NCBI GenBank assembly: GCA_047602405.1
Contig: JASGHJ010000002.1
Span: 1,568,001 to 1,632,000 of the forward strand
DNA: 64,000 nt
DNA from: Anaeromyxobacteraceae bacterium
GTDB lineage: Bacteria; Myxococcota; Myxococcia; Myxococcales; Anaeromyxobacteraceae
Reading direction: 5' to 3'
Positions 9,239 to 20,142 of the stretch are shown here, piece after piece. A program made the translations under genes and the position numbers. The notes beneath the pieces were generated by a model. The model had not been told where the DNA came from. It did no database searches and saw only the letters and a list, made by a program, of their open reading frames with translations. The stretch's first letter is position 1. Each line of letters begins with the position of its first letter.

Positions 9239-10523
9239 ATGAAGACCCGCCTCGCCTCGAGCCTCGCCGTCGCCGCCCTGCTCGCCCTGCCGCTCGCCGG
9301 CCGGGCGCAGGAGCGCGAGTGGGAGGAGGACTACTCGAACGGCTGGAGCGACGACGGCTCCGAGCCGGTCGACGTCCAGGTCGACGCCGACAACACCCCG
9401 ACCGCGACGCTCGACCAGAGCTTCGACTCGGGCCTGCAGCCGTACGGCTCCTGGGTGACGGTCTCGAGCTACGGCCGCGTGTGGCGGCCGCAGGTCTCCG
9501 CCGGTTGGCGCCCGTACTACTACGGCCGCTGGGAGTGGACCAACGAAGGCTGGCTGTGGGTCTCCGACGAGCCCTTCGGCTGGGCGACCTACCACTACGG
9601 CCGCTGGTCCTTCGAGCCGAGCTACGGCTGGGTCTGGGTGCCGGGCTACCAGTGGGCGCCCGCGTGGGTGAGCTGGCGGACGAGCGGGGACGTGATCGGC
9701 TGGTCGCCGCTCTCCCCGGGCTTCTCGCTCTACCTGACGAGCTACCCGTTCGTCGACTTCTACTGGACGTTCATGCCGTGCAACGCGTTCGTCTCGTACC
9801 CCGTCTACCGGTACGCCTACCCGCACGACCGCGCGCGCGACTACTTCTACCGCACGGCGCCGGCCCCGGCCCGCAACGCCCCGCGCGCCGGGCCGACGCC
9901 GAACCGCGGCGCGCCGGTGCCGGCCTGGGGTGGCCCCTCGCCGCGCCTCGTCGAGGACCGCACCGGCCGCCGGGTGAGCCCGGTGCGCGTCGTGTCCGGG
10001 CCGACGCCCGGCTCGGCCTCGCGGCCGGGCGAGGTCTCGATCTACCGGCCGGGCCGCCCCGTGCGCGAGGGCCGGGACGCCTACCGCGGCCCGGTGCCGT
10101 CGCGCGGCAGCCGCGACGTCGGCCCGTGGACGCAGTCGCCGGTCCGTGACGGCGGCAGCGGCTGGTCGCCTCCGCGGCCGGCCGATCGCGGCGTCGTCGA
10201 CCGCGGCTCGCGCGGCGGCCACGCGCCGCAGCCGGGGCCCCGCATGCAGCCGGCCCCGCAGCCCCAGCCGCGCATGCAGGCGCCGCAGCCGCAGCCCCGG
10301 ATGCGCGACTTCCCGCAGCCCATCCACGAGTCCGGCCGCTCGCCGTCGCACGGCGGCTGGACGACGCCCTCCCGGACCCTCGGCGCCCCGCGCGGCGCCC
10401 GCGGGCGGTGAGCGCGGCGGCGGCCACTCCGCGCCGGCCCCGCAGCCGAACCGCGGCGGCGGCGAGTCGCGCGGGAGCTCCGGCGGCGGAGGCGGCGGGC
10501 GCGGCCACGACCGCGGGCGTTAG
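9239..10523 (+). CDS. exported DUF6600-type Trp/Tyr-rich repeat protein with Pro/Gly-rich tail (probable frameshift ~10377)
   Basis: Signal peptide; YGSW..YG.VWRP..GWRPY..G.W.WT..GW.WVS..PFGWATYHYGRW..W.PAWV.WR; the primary frame stops at 10411 and the alternate frame continues a Gly-rich tail to 10523. Confidence 0.75.
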
Positions 10524-10537
10524 CGGATGAGAAGGCT

Positions 10538-10560
10538 TCCGGGGCGCTTCGCGCCCCGGA
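10538..10560. terminator. hairpin between convergent genes
   Basis: TCCGGGGCGC-TTC-GCGCCCCGGA, a perfect 10-bp stem. Confidence 0.5.
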
Positions 10561-10561
10561 G

Positions 10562-12088
10562 CTATTCGCCGCCGACCTTCACCGTCGTCTTCATCTGGCG
10601 CCCGGTGTCGAGGTCGCGGGCGCTCATGGTGAGGATGCCCTCGACGTTGACCTCGAAGAGGATCTCGAGGCGCACGGTGCCGGCGCGCGAGGGGCGCACC
10701 CCGCTGAACGTGAACTCGCCCAGGAGCTCGTTCTGCGCCGTGTGCGGGCTGTCGCCCTGGAAGATGCGCAGCACGAGCGCGTCCTGGCCGTCGATGGAGT
10801 TCGTGCCCTCGATGGCCTTCGCGTTCGGGATGGGGGCGTTGCGCGGGAAGACCACGTGCATCCCGCCGCCGGCCTGCTCGATCCCGATCGCCATGGGGAT
10901 GACGTCGAGGAGCTGGAGCTTCAGGTCCGAGTTCTCCTGGAGCGACCACGCGTAGAGCGCGGCGCCGATCGCGACGGCCTCGTCGGGGTGCACGCCCTTC
11001 GACGGGGGCTTGCCGAAGTACCTCGTGAGGCGCTCCTGGATGATCGGCATCCGCGTCTGCCCGCCGACCAGCATCACCTCGTCGATGTCCTTCGCCGTGA
11101 CGCCGGCGTCGACCATGACCGCGCCCATGATCTTGAGCGTCCGCTCCACGAGGTGGTTCGTCAGGGCCTCGAGGAGCTTGCGGTCGAACCTCACGTCCAT
11201 GTTCAGGGGCTGGCCCTGCGGCGTCATCGTGATGAAGGGGATCGAGAAGGGCGCCTCGGTCCGGCCGGACAGGTCGATCTTGGTCCGCTCCGCGAGGTCC
11301 TTGATCCGCTGCATGGCGACGGGGTCGCCGGACAGGTCGATGCCGTGCTTCTTCCTGAAGTCCTCGAGGACGTGCTGGATCATCGCGGCGTCGAAGTCGA
11401 TGCCGCCGAGGAAGATGTCGCCGCCGGTGGCCTTCACCTCGAAGACCCGGTCGCGGATCTCGATGATCGACACGTCGAAGGTCCCGCCGCCGAGGTCGTA
11501 CACGAGCACGCGCTCGTCGAGCTTGCGGCCGATGCCGTACGCGAGCGAGGCGGCGGTGGGCTCGTTGATGATCCGCACCACCTCGAGGCCGACGAGCCGC
11601 CCGGCCTCCTTCACCGCCTGACGCTGGCGGTCGTTGAAGTAGGCGGGGACGGTCACGACCGCCCGCTCGACCGCGAACCCGAGGTGCTGGGAGGCGACGT
11701 CCCGGATCTTGTTCAGGATGCGGGCCGAGATCTCCGGCACGTGGAAGGCGCGCCCGTGGCAGTCGAGCTCGACGTCGTTCTCGGTCCCCGGGTGGACCCG
11801 GTACTGCACCGTCTTCTGGACGTGCTCGACGATCTCGTCCTTCGGCGCGCGGCCGATGAGGCGCTTCGTCGCGTACAGGGTGTTCCGGGGGTTGAGCTGC
11901 CACTGGCGCTTGGCCTCGTGGCCGATGAGCTCGTTGCCCTTGTCGTCGATGGCGAAGATGGAGGGGATGGTGAAGTCGCCGCCCTTGTAGGGGATCAGCT
12001 TCACCTGCCCGTCGCCCTCCGCCACCGCGCAGCAGGAGTTCGTGGTGCCGAGGTCGATTCCGATGATGGTTTCGCGCGACGACGCCAT
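10562..12088 (-). CDS. Hsp70 family protein lacking the C-terminal helical lid (508 aa)
   Basis: [46 protein letters not shown]; ends right after the substrate-binding beta domain. Confidence 0.93.
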   Translation of the reverse strand: MASSRETIIGIDLGTTNSCCAVAEGDGQVKLIPYKGGDFTIPSIFAIDDKGNELIGHEAKRQWQLNPRNTLYATKRLIGRAPKDEIVEHVQKTVQYRVHPGTENDVELDCHGRAFHVPEISARILNKIRDVASQHLGFAVERAVVTVPAYFNDRQRQAVKEAGRLVGLEVVRIINEPTAASLAYGIGRKLDERVLVYDLGGGTFDVSIIEIRDRVFEVKATGGDIFLGGIDFDAAMIQHVLEDFRKKHGIDLSGDPVAMQRIKDLAERTKIDLSGRTEAPFSIPFITMTPQGQPLNMDVRFDRKLLEALTNHLVERTLKIMGAVMVDAGVTAKDIDEVMLVGGQTRMPIIQERLTRYFGKPPSKGVHPDEAVAIGAALYAWSLQENSDLKLQLLDVIPMAIGIEQAGGGMHVVFPRNAPIPNAKAIEGTNSIDGQDALVLRIFQGDSPHTAQNELLGEFTFSGVRPSRAGTVRLEILFEVNVEGILTMSARDLDTGRQMKTTVKVGGE

Positions 12089-12204
12089 GGATCCGGGCAG
12101 CGTACTACGAGGGCGGCCGCGGCGTGCACTCGGAACCGGGGGGGTGCCTTCTCGGCCGGGCCGCCCCGTGAGACGCTTTCGCCCGGAGGTCGGCGGTGAC
12201 GTCC

Positions 12205-14492
12205 ATGGATGCACGAAAGTGGCTTTCCACGGTGGGCGGCGGGGTCCGCGCCGCGTTCGTCGAGAACCGGTCGAATCCTCTCCATGGAGGAGTGGCTGAA
12301 GGTCTTCCTGGACGACCCCCGCCGACAGGCCCGGGGCGCCGCCCAGTACCTCAGGGACGTGTTCGACCACTACGGCTCCGAGGAGCGCGAGACCCCGGTC
12401 GGCCGGGTCCGGCGCTGGGCGTCTTTCGATCTGCCGTTCGAGCCGGGCGCCCGGGCGCAGCGGGTGGCGGGCCAGGAGGAGGTCCAGGCCGCCATCTACC
12501 GCGCGCTCGGCGGCTTCGTGCGCTCGGGCCGGGTGGACCGGCTTATCCTGCTCCACGGGCCGAACGGCTCGGCGAAGTCGTCCATCGTCGGGGCGATCCT
12601 GAAGGCGATGGAGCACTACTCCCACGAGAAGGAGGGTGCGCTCTACCGGTTCCACTGGGTCTTCCCGAGCGACCGGACGCTGAAGGGCGGCGGGCTGGGC
12701 TTCGGCGGCGGCGCGCGGAGCGGGGAGGGCGACCTCGTCACCTTCGCGCACCTCGACGGCGACGCGCTCGACGCGCGCCTGTCCTGTCCGATGAAGGACC
12801 ACCCGCTCCTGCTCGTCCCGAAGCCGGCGCGCCGGAAGCTCCTCGAGGAGGCCTGCCGGCCGTCGGGCAGGGAGGGCGCGGGCGCGGCCGGGGCTGCCCC
12901 ACCCGAGGCACAGCCCGACTTCGTGCTGGCCGAGCACCTGCTCGAGGGCGAGCCGTGCCACTGCTGCCGCCGAATCCACGACGCGCTCCTCGGCGCCTAC
13001 CAGGGCGACTGGCTGAAGGTCATGCGCCACGTCCAGGTGGAGCGGTTCTACGTGTCGGCGCGGTACCAGCAGGCCGCCTCCACGGTCGAGCCCCAGCTCA
13101 CCGTCGACGCGGGGGCCCGGCAGGTGACCGCCGACCGGAGCACGGCCGCGCTGCCTCCGGCGCTCCACGCCCTCTCGCTCGTCGAGCCGAACGGGCCGCT
13201 CGTCGCCGGCAACCGCGGCGTCATCGAGTACTCCGATCTGCTGAAGCGCCCGCTCGAGCACTTCAAGTACCTGCTCGGCGCGAGCGAGACCGCCAAGGTC
13301 TCCCTCGACGCCTTCGTGCTGCAGCTCGACCTCGTGCTCATCGCGAGCGCGAACGAGAAGCAGCTCGCGGCCTTCAAGGAGTCGCACGAGTTCGCCTCCT
13401 TCAAGGGGCGGCTCGAGCTCGTGCGCGTGCCGTACCTCCGGCGCGCGTCGGTGGAGCAGGAAATCTACGACCGGCAGATCACGCCCGCCGCGGTGGGCAA
13501 GCACGTCGCGCCCCACGCGACCGCGGTGGCGGCGCTCTGGGCGGTGCTCACCCGCCTGAAGCGCCCGATCCCGGAGCGCTACACCGGGGAGCTCCGCGCC
13601 CTCGTGGGGGAGCTCGCGCCGCTCGAGAAGCTCCGGCTCTACGACGCCGGCGCCGCGCCCGACCGGCTGACCCTCGCGCAGGCCCGGCTGCTCCGGTCGC
13701 ACTCGACGGACCTCTACCGCGAGTCGGACGTCTACCCTGCGTACGAGGGCCGCAGCGGCGCCTCCGCCCGCGAGGTCAAGACCGCGCTCCTGCACGCCGC
13801 GCAGGCGACGGCCACGCGCTGCCTCACGCCCGTCGCGGTGCTCGAGGAGCTCCAGGCGCTCTGCCGCGACAAGACCGTCCACGACTTCCTGCAGCAGGAG
13901 GTGGTCGAGGGCTACCACGACCACGAGGAGTTCGTGCGGGTCGCCGAGGCCCGGTACCTCGACACCATCGACGAGGAGATCCGCGACTCGATGGGGCTCG
14001 TGACCGAGGGGCAGTACCGCGAGCTCTTCGGCCGCTACGCCGCGCTCGTCTCGAGCTGGCTCAAGGGCGAGAAGGTCCAGAACCGGGTGACCGGCGCCCA
14101 CGAGCCGCCCGACGAGGGGCGGATGACCGAGTTCGAGGGCATCGTGATGCCGCCGGGCGAGGACCGGGGCGCGTTCCGCCGAGGCCTCGTCTCGGCCATC
14201 GGCGCCTTCCGGCTCGACCACCCGGACGCGAAGGAGATCGACTACGTCGCGATCTTCCCCGACCTCTTCCGCCGGCTGCGCGAGCACACCTACGAGGAGC
14301 GCAAGCGGCAGATCCGCCGGACCCGCGAGGACGTGCTCCGGTACCTCTCCGACGAGCGCGACCGCCTCGAGGAGAAGGCGCGGCGCCACGTCGAGGAGAC
14401 CGTCCGGCGGATGCGCGACCGCTACGGCTACTGCGAGCACTGCGCCCAGGACGCGCTGCCTCTTCCTGATGCGCAGGAGGTACGACGGGTAG
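12205..14492 (+). CDS. prkA: PrkA/YeaG family AAA+ serine protein kinase (frameshifts at ~12274 and ~14459)
   Basis: LILLHGPNGSAKS, CPMKDHPL, GNRGVIEYSDLLK, G.SAR, C-terminal YGYCEHCA..L.F; three frames join into one protein. Confidence 0.85.
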
Positions 14493-14540
14493 GCCCCCGG
14501 CCCGGGAATGGCGGGCGGGCGCCCCCGTGTTCGCGAGGAC

Positions 14541-15377
14541 GTGCGAAAGCCCAGCCCCCGCCAGCGCCCCCCCGGGCGCCCGCTCGCCCGTCTGCTCGCC
14601 GTCGTCCTCGCGTTCCTCCCCGCCGCGGCCCTCGCCGCGAACCCCCGCTCCAGCACCGTCCACCGGGTCTTCCCGAGCGCGGTCCGGGTCCAGGTGCTCG
14701 CCGGCGGCAAGGTGGTGCGCTCCGCCTCCGGCATCGCCTTCGCCCGGGAGGGCGAGCGCACGGCGGTCCTCACGAACGCGCACGTGGTGGAGCCCGCGCC
14801 GGGCGGGACGGCCATCGAGGTCCGCGTCCTCCTCGAGGGACGGGAGCCGGTCCCGGCCCGCCTCCTCGCCGCGGGGCAGGTCGAGGTGAACGACCTCGCC
14901 GTGCTCGAGGTGTCGCTCCCGCTCCCGGTGACGCCGCTCGCGCCGGACGAGGCCCTCGAGCTCGGCGACGACCTCGTCGTGATCGGCGCGCCGTTCGGCA
15001 AGGGGCTCTCGGTCGCGGCCGGCATCGTCTCGCAGGTCGAGTACGAGCTCGCCGAGAACGCGGCGGCGCCGCGGCGCCCGCGTGCGCTCAAGACCGACGC
15101 GGCCATCGGCTACGGGAGCTCCGGCGGCGGGGTCTTCGACGTCCCGGCCGGCCGCCTCGTGGGGCTCGTGGAGGGCTACCGCACGGCGCGCGTGGCGTTC
15201 GGGAAGGACCCGGACCGCTACGCGTTCGACGTGCCGATGCCCGGCGAGACCTTCGTGGCCCCGGCCGCGAAGATCCGCGGGTTCCTGAGGGCGCAGGGCC
15301 TGGGACGGCTCGCAGGCGACGGGCCGACCGGCCCCGCCGGCGGGCTCGCCGTGCCGGCGGCGACCACGGGGATGTGA
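14541..15377 (+). CDS. exported trypsin-like (S1) serine protease without PDZ domain
   Basis: Signal peptide; TNAHVV, DLAVL, TDAAIGYGSSGGG triad motifs. Confidence 0.85.
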   Translation: MRKPSPRQRPPGRPLARLLAVVLAFLPAAALAANPRSSTVHRVFPSAVRVQVLAGGKVVRSASGIAFAREGERTAVLTNAHVVEPAPGGTAIEVRVLLEGREPVPARLLAAGQVEVNDLAVLEVSLPLPVTPLAPDEALELGDDLVVIGAPFGKGLSVAAGIVSQVEYELAENAAAPRRPRALKTDAAIGYGSSGGGVFDVPAGRLVGLVEGYRTARVAFGKDPDRYAFDVPMPGETFVAPAAKIRGFLRAQGLGRLAGDGPTGPAGGLAVPAATTGM

Positions 15378-15405
15378 GGGTCGGCCCCGCGCGCCCGCGG
15401 GCGCG

Positions 15406-15963
15406 CTACTTGCCCGGGGGCGTCGCGCCGCCCGGCGAGGTCGGCCCGGCGGGCGTCGCCGGCCCCGAAGGAGGCGTCGCACCGGAGCCGGTGGCGTCGG
15501 GCGTGGCCGGCCCGGCCCCGCCGGACGGGCCGGTGCCCTGGGCGGGCGTCGAGGGCGTCCGGGTGTTGCCCGCCGGCCGGATCTGGACCCAGTAGGCGAC
15601 CGAGACCGCGTTTCGCCCCGCGCGGATCGGCTGCCCGGGGGCGATGTCGAGCACGGAGCCCAGGCCGCCCTGCGTGTAGACGAGGGTGTTCCGGTCGAGG
15701 CCCAGGGAGACCGGGCCCTTCGCGGTCGTGAGCTCGACGTGCCGGGTCTGGCGGTCGACGGAGACCACGGTGCCGGTCACCTCCTCGAGCACGGTGGCGG
15801 GGGAGGGCTTCTTCTGGCCGAGGTCGACGTCCCCGGGCTTCCCGTCGGGCGCCTTCTCACCGAGCTGGCGCTCGGGCGGCTTGCCGCCTCCGGATGCAGC
15901 GAGCTGGTCCGACGGTGCAGCCGACGCCGCGAGGAGCGCGATCGAGAACGCCACGGTGAGCAT
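15406..15963 (-). CDS. exported hypothetical protein with OB-fold-like core and Pro/Gly/Thr-rich tail
   Basis: Signal peptide MLTVAFSIALLAASAA; V.GTVVSVD..T.VY..G...I.PG pattern. Confidence 0.55.
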   Translation of the reverse strand: MLTVAFSIALLAASAAPSDQLAASGGGKPPERQLGEKAPDGKPGDVDLGQKKPSPATVLEEVTGTVVSVDRQTRHVELTTAKGPVSLGLDRNTLVYTQGGLGSVLDIAPGQPIRAGRNAVSVAYWVQIRPAGNTRTPSTPAQGTGPSGGAGPATPDATGSGATPPSGPATPAGPTSPGGATPPGK

Positions 15964-16050
15964 GGCGGGCATCATAACTCCGAGTACGGCTCTTGGCCGT
16001 CGGACGCCCCTGATAAGTTTCGTTGCTCCATCCTTACCCGAGGGGTGTCC

Positions 16051-16536
16051 ATGGACGAGCGCGTCAGCTGGGACGAGTACTTCATGAACATCGCGCGCGT
16101 GGCCGCGACGCGCGCCACCTGCGACAGGAAGCACGTCGGCGCGGTGCTCGTGCGGGACAAGACCATCCTGTCCACCGGCTACAACGGCTCCATCCGTGGC
16201 CTCCCGCACTGCACCGAGGTGGGCCACATGATGGAGGACGGCCACTGCGTCGCGACGGTGCACGCGGAGGCGAACGCCATCCTCCAGGCGGCGAAGAACG
16301 GCGTCGCGATCGACGGCTTCACCTGCTACACGACCGCCTCGCCCTGCTGGCCCTGCTTCAAGCTCATCGCGAACTCGGGCTGCCGGCGGATCGTCTTCGG
16401 CGAGTTCTACCGGGACGCGCGCATCTTCGAGTACGCGCAGAAGCTCGGCATCGAGCTCGTCGAGCTGAAGGTGCCGGCCCGGCCGGACGTGCAGCCCGCC
16501 GACACCGGCCAGCCGCAGCGGGTCACCGGGAAGTGA
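16051..16536 (+). CDS. dCMP deaminase / ComEB family zinc deaminase
   Basis: SWDEYFM.IA..R.TC..VGAV..TGYNG, HAEANA, PCWPC. Confidence 0.92.
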   Translation: MDERVSWDEYFMNIARVAATRATCDRKHVGAVLVRDKTILSTGYNGSIRGLPHCTEVGHMMEDGHCVATVHAEANAILQAAKNGVAIDGFTCYTTASPCWPCFKLIANSGCRRIVFGEFYRDARIFEYAQKLGIELVELKVPARPDVQPADTGQPQRVTGK

Positions 16537-16558
16537 GCGCGGCGGCGCGCCGCGCCGG

Positions 16559-17980
16559 TCACGGGGCAGTGAGCGGGCGCACGAGCTCCGCCCCCACAAC
16601 GGCCGCGTTCGCGGCCCGCCGGGCGACGAGCATGGCCTCGCGCTGGCGCAGCTTCACGTAGGCGGCCTGTCGATCCGGCGGCACCGGGTCCGGGTAGGCC
16701 GCGAGCTCGGCGCGGGCCGCCGCGAGCGCCCGGTCGACCGCCACGACGCGGATGGCGGGCTTGCGGTCCGGCTCGCGCCTGGGATCGATCTCGGCCGTGT
16801 CGTTCTCGGTCCAGAGCGGCACGCAGTCCGCGCCCGCGAGCACCGTGCGGACGACCCCGTGGCCGAGGTCGCGCTTCTCGATCCCGAAGCGCAGGAGCGC
16901 GCCGTCGCGCGGCGCGCCCACCTCGTCGGGGGTGACGCCGTACACGTAGCGCCGCGACTGGTTCGACACGAAGTTCCCGAGCGAGTAGGCCACGAGGGCC
17001 GTGCCGCCGTCCGGCCGGGGGAGGAGCTCCACCGGCTGCAGGACGTGCGGGTGGTGGCCGATGACCACGAGCGCCCCGGCCTCGACGAGCCGGCGCGCGA
17101 GCTCGACGTCCTCGGCGCGGGGCTGCGCGTCGTACTCGACGCCCCAGTGGACGGAGACCAGCACCGCGTCCGCGGCGGCGGCCGCGGCGCGGACGTCCTC
17201 GGGGGCGCGCGCGCGGTCGAGCAGCGAGGCCTGCAGGCAGTCGGGCCGCTGCGTCTCCGGGGGCGGCGCCCCCGCCCCGCCGGTCCCGAGCCCGTCGAGG
17301 GATCGTCGGGGCCCCACCCCCGGCTTGGGCGGGCACTCGTTGCCGGACTGGTTGAACCCGTAGGCGTAGGCGAGGATCGCGATCCGCAGGCCGTTCACCT
17401 CGAGGATCGTCGGCCCGGCGCTGCGGCCCGCCGGGCCGGCGCCGACGGGGCGGAGGCCGGCGGCCGGGACGCGCTCGAGGGTCTCCTCGAAGCCGGCGCG
17501 GCCCTGATCGAAGGCGTGGTTGTTCGTGACGGAGACGACGTCGACGCCCGCGTGCGCGAGCGCCGCGGCCGCGGCGACCGGCGCGTTGAACATGAACTCC
17601 CGCGTGCCGACGTTCGCGGTGGGCGCGACGGGCGTCTCGAGGTTCGCGAACATCACGTCGGGCCCGGCGAGGAGGTCGGCGATGGGCGCGAGGACCCAGG
17701 CGTAGCCGTCGTCGGGCGCGCCGGCGCCGTGGACCGCCGCGGTCCGCTTGATCGCCTCCTGGATCATCACGTCGCCCGTGGCGCCGAACGTGACGCGCGC
17801 GAGCGTGCGGACCTCCGGGGCGGTGACCTTGGGGTGCACCGTGCCGCCGTGCGCGGGGAGGGCCGAAGGGCCCTCCCGGGGGGGCGAGGGCGCCGGCGGC
17901 CGCGGCGCCGTGGCGCACGCCATGGAAAGGACGGAAAGGACGGAAAGAAGGACGAACAGGTGGCTGAGCTTCCGGGTCAC
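16559..17980 (-). CDS. CapA (PGA_cap) family metallophosphoesterase lipoprotein
   Basis: Lipobox LSMAC; GDVM, NLETP, NNHAFD, HWGVEY, GHHPHV, YSLGNF. Confidence 0.88.
   Translation of the reverse strand: MTRKLSHLFVLLSVLSVLSMACATAPRPPAPSPPREGPSALPAHGGTVHPKVTAPEVRTLARVTFGATGDVMIQEAIKRTAAVHGAGAPDDGYAWVLAPIADLLAGPDVMFANLETPVAPTANVGTREFMFNAPVAAAAALAHAGVDVVSVTNNHAFDQGRAGFEETLERVPAAGLRPVGAGPAGRSAGPTILEVNGLRIAILAYAYGFNQSGNECPPKPGVGPRRSLDGLGTGGAGAPPPETQRPDCLQASLLDRARAPEDVRAAAAAADAVLVSVHWGVEYDAQPRAEDVELARRLVEAGALVVIGHHPHVLQPVELLPRPDGGTALVAYSLGNFVSNQSRRYVYGVTPDEVGAPRDGALLRFGIEKRDLGHGVVRTVLAGADCVPLWTENDTAEIDPRREPDRKPAIRVVAVDRALAAARAELAAYPDPVPPDRQAAYVKLRQREAMLVARRAANAAVVGAELVRPLTAP
17258..17324 (-). repeat. 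REP-like element family A, in frame inside the CapA gene
   Basis: Reverse complement GCCGGGGGTGGGGCCCCGACG-ATCCCTCGACGGGCTCGGGAC-CGGCGGGGCGGGGGCGCCGCCCCCGG; encodes PGVGPRRSLDGLGTGGAGAPPP. Confidence 0.75.
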
Positions 17981-18055
17981 GGGTGGAAAGATGATAACGG
18001 CCTCTCCGGGTGGGGTTGAAAAAATGGGAGGCCATGTCCATCTCGGACACCCCGG

Positions 18056-18727
18056 ATGGCCATCCCAGCGCGCGACGCGGCCCGCCTCGAAGGCGGCAGC
18101 ACCCCGGACGGTGCGGCTCGATCGCTCGAGCACGCCCTCAGGTCGGAGGCCCTGGCCACCGTGGCCGCAGGCGTGGCGCACGACGTGAAGAACCCGCTCA
18201 ACGCGATGGCCCTGCAGGTCGCGCTCCTGGGCGAGAAGCTCGGCGACGCCGCCAACGCGGCGGGGCACCTCGCCGCGATCCGGGAGCAGATCGGGCGGGT
18301 CAACGAGGTGGTGCGGCGGCTCCTCGACGTCGTCGACCCCTCGGGTCCCCTGGGGCTCGACGTGGGCGCGCTGCTCCGCGACGCGGCCGCCCTGCTCGGG
18401 CACGAGGCGCGGCGGCGCCGGGTGGCCGTCCAGCTCGTGGTGCCCGACGGGGCGGTGCGGTGCGGCGGTGATCCGGCCCGCATCGGGCGGCTCGTGCTCG
18501 CGGTGGTCGCCGCCACCGTGGCGGACGTCCCGGACGACGGCCGCGTGGAGGTCCGGGTCCGGCGCGAGGGCCGCGAGGTCCTGGTCGAGCTCGCGCGGTC
18601 GGGCGGCGCGCCCGGGCCGGGGCTCACCGCGCTCGCCGCGGCGGAGCCGGGCGGCGCCCTCGCGATCCACGAGGGCGCCGAGGGCGTCGTGATCACGATC
18701 GGATTCGAGGGGGAGGAGCGGCCATGA
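18056..18727 (+). CDS. HisKA (DHp) domain protein with degenerate ATPase domain
   Basis: GVAHDVKNPLNAM H-box; no recognisable N, G1, F or G2 boxes; no sensor domain. Confidence 0.75.
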   Translation: MAIPARDAARLEGGSTPDGAARSLEHALRSEALATVAAGVAHDVKNPLNAMALQVALLGEKLGDAANAAGHLAAIREQIGRVNEVVRRLLDVVDPSGPLGLDVGALLRDAAALLGHEARRRRVAVQLVVPDGAVRCGGDPARIGRLVLAVVAATVADVPDDGRVEVRVRREGREVLVELARSGGAPGPGLTALAAAEPGGALAIHEGAEGVVITIGFEGEERP

Positions 18728-20117
18728 GCTTCCGGGTCCTCATCGTGGACGACGAGCCGGACAGCCTGACCGCCCTCGCGGAGCTCTGCCAGCGCTGGGG
18801 CTACGAGGTGCAGACGGCGGGCGACGGGCACGAGGCGCTCCGGCGCGCCATCGAGCGCCACCCCGACGTGATCCTCACCGACCTCGTCATGCCCAACATG
18901 GACGGGCTCTTCCTCCTGCGCGCGCTCCGGGCGGAGCTGCCGGACTCGGCGGTGGTCCTCCTCACCGGGCGGGGGACCATCCAGACCGCCGTCCAGGCGA
19001 TCAAGGAGGGCGCGTACGACTTCATCGAGAAGCCGCTCGAGGTGGCGCGGCTGCGGCTCGTGCTCGAGCGGGCCCTCGAGAAGAAGGAGACGCTGCGCGA
19101 GGTCCAGGTGCTGCGCCGGCGGCTCGCCGCGCTCGCGCCGGGCACGGAGGTGATCGGCTCGGGCCCCGCGATGCGGAAGGTGTTCGACCTCGTGCAGCGG
19201 GTCGCCTCCTCGAACGCGAGCGTCGTCATCACCGGCGAGAGCGGGACCGGGAAGGAGGTCGTGGCGCGCGCCATCCACAACCTCTCCCCGCGCAAGGAGA
19301 AGGCCTTCGTCGCGCTCAACTGCTCGGCCATCCCCTCGACGCTCATCGAGTCGGAAGCTCTTCGGCTACGAGCGCGGCGCGTTCACCGGCGCGGAGCAGC
19401 GGCGGGTGGGGAACTTCGAGCTCGCCCACGGCGGGACGCTGTTCCTCGACGAGATTGGCGAGCTGCCGCTCGAGCTGCAGGCGAAGTTCCTGCGGGTCCT
19501 CGAGGAGCGGAAGATCCGGCGCCTGGGCGGGCGGTCGGAGGTGGACGTCGACGTGCGGGTGCTCTGCGCGACCAACCGCGATTCTCAAGGAGGAGGTCCG
19601 GGTGGGCCGCTTCCGCGAGGACCTCTTCTTCCGGCTGCAGGTCTTCTCGATCGTGCTCCCGCCGCTCAAGGACCGGCGGGAGGACGTCCCGCTCCTCGTC
19701 CACCACTTCATCGAGAAGTTCAACGCGGAGACCGGCAAGCACGTGCAGGGCGTCACCCCCGGCGCGCTGGCGGTCCTGCAGGGCTACGCCTGGCCCGGGA
19801 ACATCCGCGAGCTCCGCAACACCGTGGAGCGCGCGATGATCCTCTCGGACGGCGACGTGCTCGGCGAGGAGCACCTCCCGCCCGACATGCCGCTCGCCCG
19901 GGCCGAGACCGCGGTGCTGCGGGTGCCGCTCGGGCTCGAGCTCGACCAGGTGGAGCGGGAGTACATCCTCGCGTCGCTCCAGCGGAACGGCGGCAACAAG
20001 GCCCGCACCGCGGAGGCGCTCGGGATCAGCGAGAAGACGCTCTACAACAAGCTCAACCGGTACGCCTCCGAGGCCCGCGATTGCGCCGCCGGCGAGGCGG
20101 CGGGGGCGAAGGCCTGA
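18724..20117 (+). CDS. sigma54-dependent NtrC-family response regulator (frameshifts at ~19355 and ~19582)
   Basis: Receiver domain (DD..D..MP..K), [21 protein letters not shown] split across frames, [10 protein letters not shown], Fis-type HTH. Confidence 0.9.
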
Positions 20118-20142
20118 GCGTCACGGGGCGTGGCCCCCGTGC

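Noticed and set aside
10225..10322. PQPxPRMQ repeats in the DUF6600-type protein
   Set aside because: Ordinary low-complexity repeats in a disordered tail.
10562..15106. Very long antisense or alternate-frame ORFs (1514 aa here; also 26036-29899 and 52267-56445)
   Set aside because: Shadow ORFs expected at very high GC3; they mirror real genes and contain no motifs outside the true CDS part.
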